Of a DNA stretch of 64,000 nt, positions 26,341 through 40,200 are shown in pieces (the stretch's first letter is position 1; the number at the start of each line of letters is the position of its first letter). The stretch is from the human T2T-CHM13v2.0 reference genome, Homo sapiens. Below the pieces are notes generated by a model that did no database searches, was not told where the DNA came from, and saw only the letters and a list, made by a program, of their open reading frames with translations. A program made the position numbers and the translations under genes. The stretch lies in NCBI RefSeq assembly GCF_009914755.1, contig NC_060930.1, one strand, 5' to 3'.

Positions 26341-26915
26341 TTTTTTAAAAAAAAAATTAATTGCATATCCTTACAGCATACAAAATGATTTTTTGATATA
26401 TGTTTACAATTTGGAATGATTAAATCATATTAATTAACAAACCATCATGTTGCATTCTTATTTTTATAGTGAAAACATTTAAAATTTACTATTTAGCCAT
26501 TTTATAATATACAATACAGTGCTCATTGCAGTATTATTCACAATAGCTAAGATTTGGAAGCAATCTAGGTATCCATCAATGAATAAAGAAAATGTGGTAT
26601 GTACACACACACACACACACACACACAATGGAATACTATTTAGTCTTAAAAAAGAATGAAATTCTATTATTTGTGACAAAATAGATGAGCCTGGACGATA
26701 TTATGCTAAGAGAAATAAGACAGGTACAGTCTCACTTACATGTATAATTTGACAAAGTTAAACTTACTAAAATAAAGAGTAGAATGATGGTTAAGAGAAG
26801 GGATGTTTAGGAAGGGAATAAGGGGAGATGGTGATCAAAAGGTACAAAGTTTCAGTTACAATAAGCTTTTGTAATCTAGTGCACAGAATGGTGATTATAA
26901 CAACTCATGCATTGT
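26341..26915 (-). mobile_element. L1MA (about L1MA7-9) 3' end with an inverted 5' segment (26521-26915 reads on +)
   Basis: Minus-strand terminal 3'UTR at 26341-26520; the + segment ends at the consensus point where the minus segment begins. Confidence 0.8.
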
Positions 26916-27255
26916 GATGACTCTTGATGTGTCAACTTGACTAACATACAGTCTCCAGTTACTTGATCACATGTTATTTGAGTATTGCTGAAAAAAGATT
27001 TTACAGGTGTAATTAAAATATCTAATTACTTAACTTTTAGTGAGGAAAATTGCCCTAGGTAATATGGGTGTGCCTGATTTAATAAGTTGAAATTCCTTGG
27101 AAGCAGGGCTGTGGCTTTTCTAAGAAAAGAAGAAAGTTCACCTGTGGATGATACCTTCAGTTCATGCTGGTAGAGTTCTGTACTATTCATAATATTCCTT
27201 CCTGACTACTGGCCTTATTGATTTGGGATTTGCTTAACCAGCTTCCACAATCACA
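26913..27255 (+). mobile_element. MLT2 LTR (old, MLT2D/E/F-like), partial
   Basis: tgtgatg...atgtgtcaacttgact...; aatatgggtgtgcctgattt; ccagcttccacaatcac. Confidence 0.7.
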
Positions 27256-27599
27256 AAACGCACAAACCATTGACAAATGGTTTTTATATGAGATACAAAA
27301 TATTGTGATAATCATAACAATAATTGCAAATGGTAGTGTTGCTGTAATATAAGCTCAGCAAAAGAGGCTTAAGTTGCTGAATGCAAGGTTGCTGAACAAT
27401 AAAATTGCTTTTGTTTATTTACTAGCAGAAAAATATGGCATTAGTTTGCAAAACTAAGACCTTTAGCTAGATTTAGATAAATTTTTTATGACAGGTCAAA
27501 ATGAGGCCAAATGTTTATGGGTCCATCAGGTAAGGAAACGATTTTTTAAAAAATACATAGACAAAAGCAACAACAGCCAACAAAAACAAACAATAAAAA

Positions 27600-28622
27600 A
27601 CCCGGAGGATGGGTGCATGTGAAAAGGATACAGGTTATCATTTATCCTGAGATAAAGAGCCATCTGGGAAGATCTCCAAATGGCCAAAGCTGGCGTAATA
27701 TGGGCAACAAAATAATGAGAGCATTAGATTATAATCCCTAAAATGATACATAAAATTGTACAATCTGACTAGTACTCTTCAAAAGCATCAAAGTCATGAA
27801 AAACAAAGATTGTGGAGCTGTCACAAATTGAGAGAGGCTGAGGAGACATGATAATTAAATGCAATGTGGTATCCTGAGTACTATTCAGGAACCTAAAAAC
27901 ATATATTAGTAGAAAAACTTGAGAAATCCAAATAAAGTCTGTAGTTAATAATACTGTGCCAATATTAATGCTAGATGTTCATAGTAGGGAAAGCTGACTG
28001 ACAAGTGTATGGTCATTTTTTACACCATGTTTGTAATTATGATGGTTAATTTTATGTGTCAACTCAACTGGGCCATGGAATATTCATGATTGAACATTTT
28101 TTTGTGTGTGTGTGTACCTGTGAGGGTGTTTCCAGAATATATTAACATTTAAATTGGTGAAGTGAGTAGAGCTGATGGCCCTTCCTCTTGTGGGTGTAGT
28201 CATCCTCAAATTCCTTGAAGGCTTGAATAAAACAAAAAGATGAGGGAAGATTGATTTTGCTTTCTGCTTGACTGTTGGGATGACACATCCATGTTCTCCT
28301 GCCCTTGGTACTGCTGATTCTTAGGCCATCAGAGTCAGATGGAAATCTACATCTTTGGCTCACTAGCTCTCGAGCCTTTGAACTATGCCACTAGTAGCCT
28401 TCCTGGTCTGCAGCTTGTAGACAGCAGACCATGGGCCTTCTCAGGCTCCGTAAATCATGTGTCAATACTTTTAAACAATTTGTGTGTGTGTGTGTGTGTG
28501 TGTGTGTGATGTGTGAGTGTGTGTTTATCCTATTGGCTCCTTCTCTCTGGTGAACCCTGACTAGTACAGTAACTATTTTGTGAATCTAGAAATAGTTACA
28601 AATAAAAGATTAAAAATTCAAA
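27600..28622 (+). mobile_element. L1MC (L1MC3/4-like) 3'UTR, split by MLT2
   Basis: ggccaaagctgg..., gtactcttcaaaagcatcaaagtcatgaaaaacaaag, aaatgcaatgtggtatcctg; resumes after 28573 and runs to aaataaaagattaaaaa. Confidence 0.75.
28038..28568 (+). mobile_element. MLT2 (MLT2B/C-like) solo LTR with internal (TG)n
   Basis: tatgatggttaattttatgtgtcaac...gaaccctgactagtaca; 5-bp TSD gtaat/gtaac. Confidence 0.9.
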
Positions 28623-29999
28623 GAAAATTGATCAATCGTCTAGACAAGGTGAGACGAGCAGAACTATGAGATTTATTCTTACCAATTGGCTGATTGAAAG
28701 AGCAAATCTACAGACATTAATAGTTATGCAATTTATATCATTCTTTCTAATTATTGCTCTTGCCAATTGTATCAATGACAGTGTTTGTATTAATTTCCAA
28801 AGTCTCATATTCTGAAATTTTAGTGAAACTATGGATATGGTAGAATCTTTTCAAACTGCCTGGTGGGATATTATTTTTATGTTGCTCATATGTTAACATA
28901 AATTATCAAATTAAAGATGAAATCCCCTCAATTAATGTAGAACACATATTCTCAACTGTGTTTCAGCAATATAAATCTTCAAGTGTATTCCAGAAAAAAA
29001 CTAGTTTATTTTAATTTATTAAGTATTAAATGACAAAAGAAGACTTTTCTGGTCTAATAAAATTAGAGCACACTAGGTTCAACAAAGTTTAATGATTTAG
29101 TTAATGATTTCTCTGAACACTTATAACAGTAATGTGCTTTGTGAATCTCTAAAAAAGTAAAACGTAAACATTATTACAGAAACTTTCACTTTGTAACTCT
29201 CACAACTTATTAGGCTAATGTAGGGGAAAATGTTTGGAAATGCTATGGTGAATCATATAATTTAATCATGAGCATATTTAGAATTTCATGTGCACTGAAA
29301 AAATACAATTGCCAAAATACAAGTATCATGGAAAAAGCCTATCATCAAGGGAAAGTGCAGCCGCTCAGCTCCCTAACTTTTGAATTTATTATCATTCTGA
29401 CCATATTTTTTTCCAACAAGTTTCTCTCTACAACTTTACCTTCTAAGCAATCATTCTTATTTGTGTATGCAGTGGGAGCAACCAAACCCCTGCAAGGTAG
29501 AGATGTTTGTATTATTTATAGGTCATTCTTAAGCTAAGTTCTCCTTTCTCCTCAGTTTTAGAAATTGTATTCTGATTTCTCTATTAACCAGAAAGTGTAT
29601 GGTTTATTCCTGCTACCACCACTAGCTCTCATTTTTTGTTTTAAAACTGTCAGAATCCTATTTACTCTAATAATTGATACAATGATGGGGGGAAGGGTAA
29701 GCACTTAATTCAGCTAGTTCTTGAAACATTCTAAATATCCTTACTCCAGAGATGATACTGGGGAGGGCTTTCTTCGATAGGGGCTAAGCGTTGCAGTTCT
29801 GGTGCTGAAAGAAGCTTCATCCAATTCCATATAGAGGAAGCTCACTCCATCCTGTCCTCTCATTAAATATATTGCACAAAGCAGCTATCTGAGGACCCTG
29901 AGAGGTAAATTTGGTTGTAGGTAGATTGAGATCTATGCCAGAATATGAAATACTGTCAAATTGGTATTAAATGTTTTCTTCTGGTATCTCTCAACCTAG

Positions 30000-32900
30000 A
30001 CTCAAAGGCAGCCCCAAATCTCAGAGTGTACACTAAATGAGAACAGAAAAAAGTCTCAATAGAATCCCTCTCTTTCTATTCTAAGGAGCAGAAATGGAGG
30101 CTCTAAGAGTCAAACCATGTGGAGAAAATTTTGTAGAGACTTTTCACCCTTTTTTCCTTCCATTCTCTCCTGAACTCGCCCCATGAAATCTTACTGTAGT
30201 TGAGAGTTGAAGTCAGCATCTGCTGATAGGCACCGAGATTCCAAAGAAAAATCCCTCTCTGTATCCAGCAGAGGTACGGGGAAGGAAAAAAACAAAACAA
30301 AGCAAAACAAAACAAAAACACCAGAATGCTATAGAGTGGAGAATCTAAAGGCCCAGCCTTTTGGTCCGGAAATTGGGAAGAGAAGCCTTTAGGGAACCAG
30401 AAAATGTCAGGAAGCTTGCAGATTGGTGAGAGCTCAAGAGAGCAATTTCATAAAGTCGTGTACAAACTCCTGGGTTCACCTCAGAGCCCAACATGCATAG
30501 ATCCGACCCTAAACAGTAGATGATAGGTCTTGAGAAGCGAGCTACATGGTAGATGTTGGCACATCTTAGTTGGCACACAGAGGAATGAGCTGTACCCTTA
30601 GTTGGCACACTAAGTAGATCTGAATAGTACTTTTTTTTTAATAGTATAGCATTACAAAAACGGAACTGACATCAAAACCACACACTATGAAGGGACATGA
30701 GAGCTTGTTGTCTGAATCCAGTCTGACAGATTTTGTCCTTCAAAAAAAAATTGACAAAAGAACATTCATTTTTAGATTTAAATAAAGACCCAGAATCTCA
30801 TAACATAATATCCAAAATGTCTGACATACAATCCAAAATTTGTGGCACACAAAAACAAGGATAATTCCAACACATAAGGAAAAAAAGATAGTTGAAGATG
30901 GCAACAATGTTGGAACTGTCATAAAGGTTGTGAATGCTGCTATCATAGCCATACTCTGAGAAGTAAGGGTAAATCCTCTTGAAACAAACGGAAAGAGAAA
31001 AAACTCAAAAAAGAATTAGATAATATAAAGGTTTTAAAAATAGTAACATTAGAACCAAAAATACATTTAGAATAATGAAAAATTCATTGGAGTTAAACAG
31101 CAGAATGGTGGTCAAAATAAAGAGTCAATGAAGCTGAAAATAAACAAAAGTATTGATATAAACTGAACAGATAGGGAAAAATTAAAAAAAAAAATAACAG
31201 AACCCTAGGAACTGTGGGACAATATAAGCAAGGTCCAACACTTCTGTAATTAGGATCCCAGGAGTGAGGGAAGATGCATGATGCTAAAGAAATACATGTA
31301 TGTGAAGGAACAGTAAGTAAAAACGTATCCGTTTTTATAAAAGACAGAAGCTTATTCAAGAAGATCAGAGAATTAAACAGAATAAATTCAAAAAATTTCT
31401 GCCCAAGTGACAGATAATAATCAGACTACTAAAAAACAAATACAAGAAAAAAAATCCTAAAATAAATTACAAAGAAAGGATGCATTAAATCTATAGAGAA
31501 ACAATGGTTCAAATAATTGTGGATTTTTCATCAGAAACCATGGAGGCATGAAGGAAGTGAATTGACATTTTTAAAATGCTGGAAAAAATCTTTCCAGAAT
31601 GTATGTAGAGGGAAACAAAGAATAAAAAAAAGACATATAGTTAAAAAAAAAACTGTAAGAAATGAAAATGGAATAGTAAAAAATATTAAATATACTTAGA
31701 AATAGGAGACTAAAAAGACTCATATCTTCCAGAAGATAGCAAGAAAAAGAAAAGAGAAAGACAAAATATAAGGAACAGACAGAAAACAAATCATAAAGTG
31801 AAAGACCTAAATACGATTATAGTCATATGTTGCTTAATGATGGGGATACGTTCTGAGAAATTCATTGTTAGGCAATTTTGTTGCTGTGCAAACATCATAG
31901 AGTTTACTTACACAAACCTAATTGGAGTAGCCTACTACTCACTTACACTATATGGGATAGCCTATTACTTCTAGGCAACAAACCAGCACTGCCTGTTAGG
32001 GTACTGAATACTGTAGGCAATTGTAACACAATGGTAAGTATTTGTGCACCCAAACATATCTAAACATTAAAAAGGCACAGTAAATATACAGAATAAAAGA
32101 TAACAAAATGGTACACCTGTATAGGGTACTTGTAAGGAATGGACTTGTAGAACTAGAAGTTACTCTGGGAACGTCAGTGAGTGAGTGGTGAGTGAATGTG
32201 AAAGGCTAAGACATTACTCTGCACTACTGTAGACTTTATAACACTCTACACTTGGGCTACACTAAATTTATTTTAAAAAATTCTTGCTTCAATAATAAGT
32301 TAACCTTAGCCTATAGTAATTTCTTACTTTAAAAACTTTATTTTTTTCAACTTTCAACTCTCACTTGTAATAACACTTATACTTACACTTAAAACACAAA
32401 CACATTGTCCAGCTGTACAAAAAAAAATTTCTTTCTTGATATTCTTATTCTATGTTTCTTCCATTTTAATTTAATTTTTTTTTTTGCTTTTTACATTTTA
32501 AACTATTTCTTGTTAAAATGAAATCACCAAGACACACATTAGCTTAGGCCAACAAAGAGTCAGGATCATCAGTATCCCTGTCTTCCACCTCTACATCTTG
32601 TCACACTGGAAGGTGTTCACAGGTAATAACACACTTGGAGCTATCACCTCCTATGATAACAATACCTTCTTTTGGAGTACTTCTTGAAGAACCTGCCTAA
32701 GGCTGTTTTCCAGTTTACAATTTATTTTTATAAGTAGAAGGAGTACACTCTAAAATAACAACATAAAGTATGGTATCATAATACATAAATCAGTAAAACA
32801 GTCATTATGATCACTGTCAAGTATTATGTATACACAAAATTGTATGTGCTATGTTTTTATATGATTGACAATACAATCGGTTTGTTTACAACAGCGTGGC

Positions 32901-33105
32901 CAAAAATGCATAAGTGTTGCACTATGACATTACAATGGTTATGACATCATTAGATAGGAATTTTTCAGCTACATTAGAAACTTATGGAACCATCATTATA
33001 TAAGAGATTCATCTTTAATCAAAACATTATTATGAGACTCAGAACCCTATATAAATAATTGCATTTTATGCAAATAGTCTAAAACTCTAATTGAATAATG
33101 AAAAA
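30000..33105 (+). mobile_element. Old L1M (L1M4/L1MD-like) 5' region, ORF1 remnant and ORF2 start, interrupted by Tigger3b
   Basis: ORF1-like ggaactgtgggacaatataagc and gatttttcatcagaaaccatggagg; ORF2 start (D-L-N..I..I.L..N.L) is split at the TA at 31818. Confidence 0.7.
31820..33047 (+). mobile_element. Tigger3b (TcMar-Tigger) DNA transposon, near full length
   Basis: tagtcatatgttgcttaatgatggggatacgttctgagaaa...; about 1.23 kb; TA flanks. Confidence 0.9.
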
Positions 33106-33214
33106 AAAATGGCAAGTGAAGAGAATTTGTCACCAGCAGAGTGGCTGTGAAAGAAATGTGAAAGAAAATTATTCTTATGGAAGTGAAATATACCAGTGAA
33201 ATAGGCATATATAT

Positions 33215-34320
33215 TTCACTGTTGTCTAACATAATTTTAAGGCCGGACTTGAGTACGGAATTAGAGAAAGCTGATGGAATGCGAAGCACTAACGTGAAGA
33301 GGCCCTATATGCACACAGTGGCTATGTTATGCCTGGTTGCAACCACCTTCCCTTCTTCTGAGAACAAGATAGAAATGATTAAACTGTATTAGAAGGATGA
33401 AGTTATGCCCTAGGGAGCACACTTCCAGATCAGGCTTGAGATGCTAGACTTCAGAGTAAAAGGACTTGTGTCAGATGGTCTCTAGAAATATGGAAGACTA
33501 AGATTTAGAAATAGAATAAACAAAGTAACTTAAAAAAAAAACCCTCTCCTAGGATCATCTTTTTACAACAGGAACGAAAACATTTTCCAGTTTAATATAT
33601 TTCTGACTGAAAGTCATTGTAGAGTTGAACCTTAAAGAAAAGTAAATTTAAACTTTCTTTGCATAGTATTTTATCTTTTTTCCTAGGGTTAGAGGTGGGG
33701 ACTAGAAAACATGATATAGTTTTGAATTAATATTATTAAAGAGGCAAAATTTCACATTTCAAAATGGCCCAAAATATTCCACTGTTCATTTTGCTGACAG
33801 GTGATATACTCTAGAGAATCAGGTGTGGAGGGTTCAGTCATAATAAGCATATATGCTGTGGGTCAGGTGACTCATGAACATGTCAAGCAGGCCATGTTCT
33901 TTAGCAGTTTCTGGTCTGGTTCTGCTATTAATAATCTTGCCGTGGAACTTAGGCACATAGCTAGGAATTAGGTAACCCTTCCCTATAACCTAGCCTACAC
34001 CCCTTTGCCCACTCTCAAGCCAATCGGTCTGTTCATCTCAGTGCCCTTAGAAGGTGAAGGTTTGGGCTGGGCCCATTCACTCACGTCTGTAATCCCAGAC
34101 ATGGGATTTGGATCGTTAGAGGAAATAAATTTAGTCCATTAGAGGAAAAAATGAAAAGGAAGGAAGAAAAGAAGGAAGGAAGAAGAAGGAAGGAAGGAAG
34201 GGGAAGAAAAGAAGAAGGAAGGGAGGGAGGAAAGAAAAGAAAGAGAAAAAAGAAAGAAAGAGAAAGAAAGAAAAAGAAAGAGAAAAGAAAAGAAAAGAAG
34301 GAAGGAAGAAAAAGAAAGAA
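33215..34320 (+). other. ~0.93 kb non-L1 sequence plus AATAAA and a purine-rich tail, inside the L1M (possible retrocopy or transduction)
   Basis: L1 similarity stops at about 33214 and resumes at about 34320; AATAAA at 34124-34129; (GAAA/GGAA)n at 34146-34332. Confidence 0.45.
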
Positions 34321-34332
34321 TGAAGGGAGGAA
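34146..34332. repeat. (GAAA/GGAA)n purine-rich simple repeat
   Basis: Seen directly in the sequence. Confidence 0.95.
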
Positions 34333-37248
34333 GTATGGGCATTAGAAAGCACAAATATTATATATGTGTTAAATATGTGTGGTACATGTTAGAAAACATA
34401 CAATTGTGTTATAAGGTTTACAGTGTATTTGGATATCATACATACAACTAGTACTGTATAAAGGAAATCTATATGTTCCTGAGGATTCTATAGTCTACAA
34501 AGATTTTTTAAAAAACTTTTGTGGAAAGTTCTTTTCAACATGAAATTTTCATAACTTTCATGATACATATACAATAAAGTCTAGTGAAGAGATGTCTATT
34601 TCCAGCCAAGATAAATAGGAAAGTTTCCTGAAACAACTTTCAAGAAAGGACAAATTATATAAAAACATGGTATTTCAAATAGTAAACATTAGCTTTGGTC
34701 CAATAAATTTATTAAAACTAATAGAGGAATTAACATATTAAAATAAAATTTTTAACATAGAATAAGAAAGTAAAGAAGAAAAAGGAATAAACATGAAAGA
34801 AATATGGAAAACAAACAGCAAAATTGTTGATGTAAGTCCAAACAGATAAATAATTACATTAAATGTGGATAGACTTAAAACTGTAATCCATCAAAAGGTA
34901 GAGATTGATGGATAAAAAGAAATACAACTGCTTGCTATTAAGAGGAGACATATTTTAAATTCAATGGCAGAAAATGGAGAAAGTAAAAAAACTATAGAAA
35001 GATATACCATGCAAACAGTAACCTTAAAGAAAACCCAGAATGGCTGTATTAATATCATAAAATACATATTTTAGGTAAGATATAGTAAGAGAAAAAAGAA
35101 GGACATTTCAAAATGACTGAAAATTCTATACATCAGGAATATATAAGTGTAAAATATTTAAATCTAACACATCCCAACCCATATAAAGCAAAAACTGATA
35201 GAGGTGAACAAAGAAATGGCAGTTTAACAATTACTGAAGATATCAATATAGTCCTCTTGATAATTTCAAGAACAATTAGAAAGAAAATCAGTAAGCGTAT
35301 GGAAATCTTCAACAATACTATTACCATTTTGAAAAGACAATTTCAAAATACTTCACTCAATAACAGCAGAATATACTTTCTCTTTGAAAGCAGGTAGACT
35401 GTTATTCGGGATAGAACATGTGTCAAGACATACAATAAATCTAAATACATTTTAAGGAATTAAAAAATAAACAGATGAATAGAGAATATCAATAAAGCCA
35501 ATAATTTACTTTTTGAAGAAATCAACACAATTCATTAATATTTAGGCAGATTGTACATGAAAAAAGATATAAAATAAAAAGCAATGAAAATGTATAGGAT
35601 GTTACTACAGAAAAATAAAAAATGATTATCAGCAAGAATTAATATTATAAACAACTTCATGCCAACAAATTAGAAAATTACAGAAATCACTATAATTGAC
35701 TCAAAAAATGGAAAATATTGATAGACAATAACAAGTAGAAAAACTGAGGAAGAGTCAGAGCATGATAGCCTAATAGAAGTCTCTAACAATCATCTGCCCC
35801 ACAAGAGCACCAAATTGAACAACTATCCACACAAAAAAGCACCTTTCTAAGAATCAAAAGTCAGGTTAGTAATCACAGCCCTTGCTATTAACATCATATT
35901 AATGAAAGTGTCACTGAAGACCATAGGAAAGCAGTATTTAACTGCCGATATCACCCCTGCCCGCCAACCCCCAGCAGCAGCTACGAGGCGCAAAGAGAAA
36001 ATTTGTGTGCTTGGGGAAGGGAAAGTGCAGTTATTGTGGGATTTTGCATTGGAATTCAGTGCTGTCCTGACACAGCAGAAGACAACATGGGGTAGAATTC
36101 AGCTGGTGCCAACAGCTGTCAAAATCTGAGTTCCTTCAAGCCCTGCCACCACAAGCTAAAGGGCTCTGGAGTTCTAAATAAACTTGAAAGGCTGTCTAGG
36201 CCACAAGGGCTCCAATTCCTATGCAAGTCCTGGTGCTGTGCCAGGCTCAGAGCCAGTGGATTTGGTGTGCACGTGACCTACTGAGATACCAGCTGAAGTG
36301 GCCAAGGGAGTGCTTTCATCACCCCTGTACCAGTCTCAGGCAGCACAGCTCCTGATTCTGCAAGGGATCCTTCCCTGTGCGTGAGGAGAAGAGAGGGGAG
36401 CGTAAAGAAGACTTTGTCTTATAACCTAAATAGCAGCTCAGCCACGATAGAATGGGGCACCAGGCAGAGTCCTCAGGCTTCCATTCCAGGATGTAACTCC
36501 CAAACAGCATTTCTAAATATATCCTGACCCAGAAAGGAGCCCGCTACATTTAAGAGAAGGAGCCAATCCTGGCAGAATTTATCACCTGCTGATTCAAGAG
36601 CCCTTGGGCTGTAAATAATCAGCAATGATAGCTTGGCAGTACTGTCCATGGGCCTGAGGCAGTGATGGCCATGGGAAGAGACTCCTTTGTTTGAAGAAAG
36701 GGAAGGGAAAAGTGGGAAGGACTTTGCCTTGTGACTTGGGTGCCTGCTCAGTTGCAAAAGAATAGAGCACAAGGTAGATGCCTAAGATTTCCAACTCCGG
36801 GCTCTGGCTCTTGGAAAGCATCCCTGGACCCACCCGGGGCCAGGGAGAACTCACTTTCCTGAAAGGAATGACACAAGTTTGAATGAAATTGCCACCTACT
36901 TACTGTAGAGAACTTAGGCCTTTTGGGGGAGCTAAAAAAAATTAAAACAATTGAAGTCATGGTGATAGAGAGTAAAATGATAGTTACCAGGGGCTGAGAA
37001 GGATAGTTGGTGGAGAGTGGGGATGGTTATTGCTTGTAAAAATTTATTTAAAATGAATAAGATCTAGTATTTGATAGCACAACAGAATGACTATAGTAAA
37101 CAATAATTTATTATACACTTTAAAACAACTAAAATAGTTTACTTAGATTGTAACACAAATAAAGGATAAGTGCTTGAGGTGCTGGATACCCCATTTACCT
37201 TGATATGATTATTACACTTTGTAGGCCTGTATTAAAATATCTCATGTA

Positions 37249-38637
37249 GAAATGCAAATTAAAACCACAATGTGATATCATCTCACACCAGACAGAATTC
37301 TATTCTTAAAAGGCCAAAACACAACATATAATAATGAGACTGGTACCGGTTTTTCCCTTCCATGTTTAGTGCTTCCTTAATGGTGATCATTAAAAAGTCA
37401 GAACACAACAGATGCTGGAGAGGATGTGGAGAAATAGGAACGCTTTTACACTGTTGGTGGGAGTGTAAATTAGTTCAACCATTGTGGAAGACAGTGTGGC
37501 AATTCCTCAAGGATCTTGAACCAGAAATACTATTTGACCCAGCAATCCCATTAGTGGGTATATACCCAAAATATTATAAATCACTCTACTATAAAGACAT
37601 ATGCACACGTATGTTTACTGCAGCACTGTTCACAATAGCAAAGACTTGGAATCAACCCAAATGTCCATCAATGATAGACTGGATAAAGAAAATATGGCAC
37701 ATATGTATCAAGGAATACTATGCAGCCACAAAAAAGGATAAGTTCATGTCCTTTGCAGGGACATGGATTAAACTGAAAACCATCATTCTCAGCAAACTAA
37801 CACAGGAACAGAAAACCAAACACTGCATGTTCTCACTCATAAGTGGGAGTTGAACAATGAGAATACATAGACACAGGGAAGGGAACATCACACACCAGGG
37901 CCTGTAGGGTGGGTTGGAAGCTAGGGGAGGAACAGCATTAGGAGAAATACCTAATGTAGATGACGGGTTGATGGGTGCAGCAATCCATCATGGCACATGT
38001 ATACCTATGTAACAAACCTGCACATTCTGCACATGTATCCCAGAACTCAAAGAATTAAAAGAAATAATAATGAGACTCTGCTTTAAGTTAAAACAGAGCT
38101 ACCATTCACATTCAACCCCGTAAGCCCATTACTGGGTATATACCCAAAGGAATATAGATCATAATACCAAAATGAAACATGCCCTTGAATGTTCATCACG
38201 GTGCTGTTTACAATAGCAAAGACATGAAACCAACCTAGGTGTGCATTGATGGTGGATTGGATACAGAAATTGTGGCATATATACACCATGGAATAAAATG
38301 CCGCCATAAAAAAGAATGAAATCATGTCTTTGCAGCAACATGGATGGAGCCAGAGGCCATAATCATAAATGAATTAACACAGGAATAGACAACCAAATAT
38401 CTCATGTTCTCACTTATAAGTGGGAGCTAAACATTGTGCACACATGGAAATAAACCTGAGAATAGACCCTGCAGACTACTAGAGGGAGGAAAAGGGATGT
38501 GATTAAAAAAACTACCTATTGGGTGCTATGCTCATTATTCGGGTGCAATATACCCATGTAACAAACCTGTTCATGTACTCCCTGTATCTAAAATAAAAGT
38601 TGAAATAAAAAAAAACACAAACGAAAAAACCTAATTT
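37249..38637 (+). mobile_element. L1PB-type 3' fragment nested in the L1MA and itself split by an L1PA
   Basis: gaaatgcaaattaaaaccacaatg... ; 3'UTR aaaaaactacctattgggt...ctgtatctaaaataaaagttgaaat. Confidence 0.82.
37342..38063 (+). mobile_element. L1PA7/8-like 3' end with a 37-bp inverted ORF1 fragment at its 5' end
   Basis: 14-bp TSD ataataatgagact (37328-37341 and 38064-38077); ORF 37362-37853 is the ORF2 C-terminus ([26 protein letters not shown]). Confidence 0.93.
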
Positions 38638-38989
38638 ATCCCTTAAGTATATATACCTACTATGTACCCACATTTTTTTAAAAAAAAGAAGATGGTAAAT
38701 AAAATCTTCCCACAAAAAATGCAGCCCCAGATGCTTCGTTAGTAATTTCTATCGAATATTTAAATAAGTAGTAGCAAGCCTACATAAACTTTTTCAAAAT
38801 AGTCAAGAAGGAGGGGACACTTCTATACTCAATCTATGAATCCAACATTACACTGAGAACAAAGCTAGTCAAATAAATCAAGAGATTAAATGAACAAATA
38901 TACAAAATTTCTCAATGACATATAATCAAACTAAACCCAGAATCAAATATAATCAATGATAAAACATGACCAAGTAGATTTTTATAATG

Positions 38990-40199
<1,210 letters not shown>

Positions 40200-40200
<1 letters not shown>

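Larger units (their letters stand above)
35748..38690 (+). mobile_element. L1MA (L1MA2/3-like): 5'UTR (35748-36922) fused to 3'UTR (36923-37248, resuming 38638-38690)
   Basis: 5' end ...aacaactatccacacaaaaaagcacc...; 3'UTR aataagatctagtatttgatagcacaacag...atatctcatgta | ...cctactatgtacccac. Confidence 0.82.

Noticed and set aside
34131-34354. Lys/Glu/Arg-rich and Phe/Leu/Ser-rich ORFs
   Set aside because: They are translations of the GAAA/GGAA simple repeat
37362-37853. Longest ORF (163 aa) as a CDS
   Set aside because: It is the L1 ORF2 C-terminus of a 5'-truncated copy; its ATG comes fortuitously from the inverted ORF1 fragment
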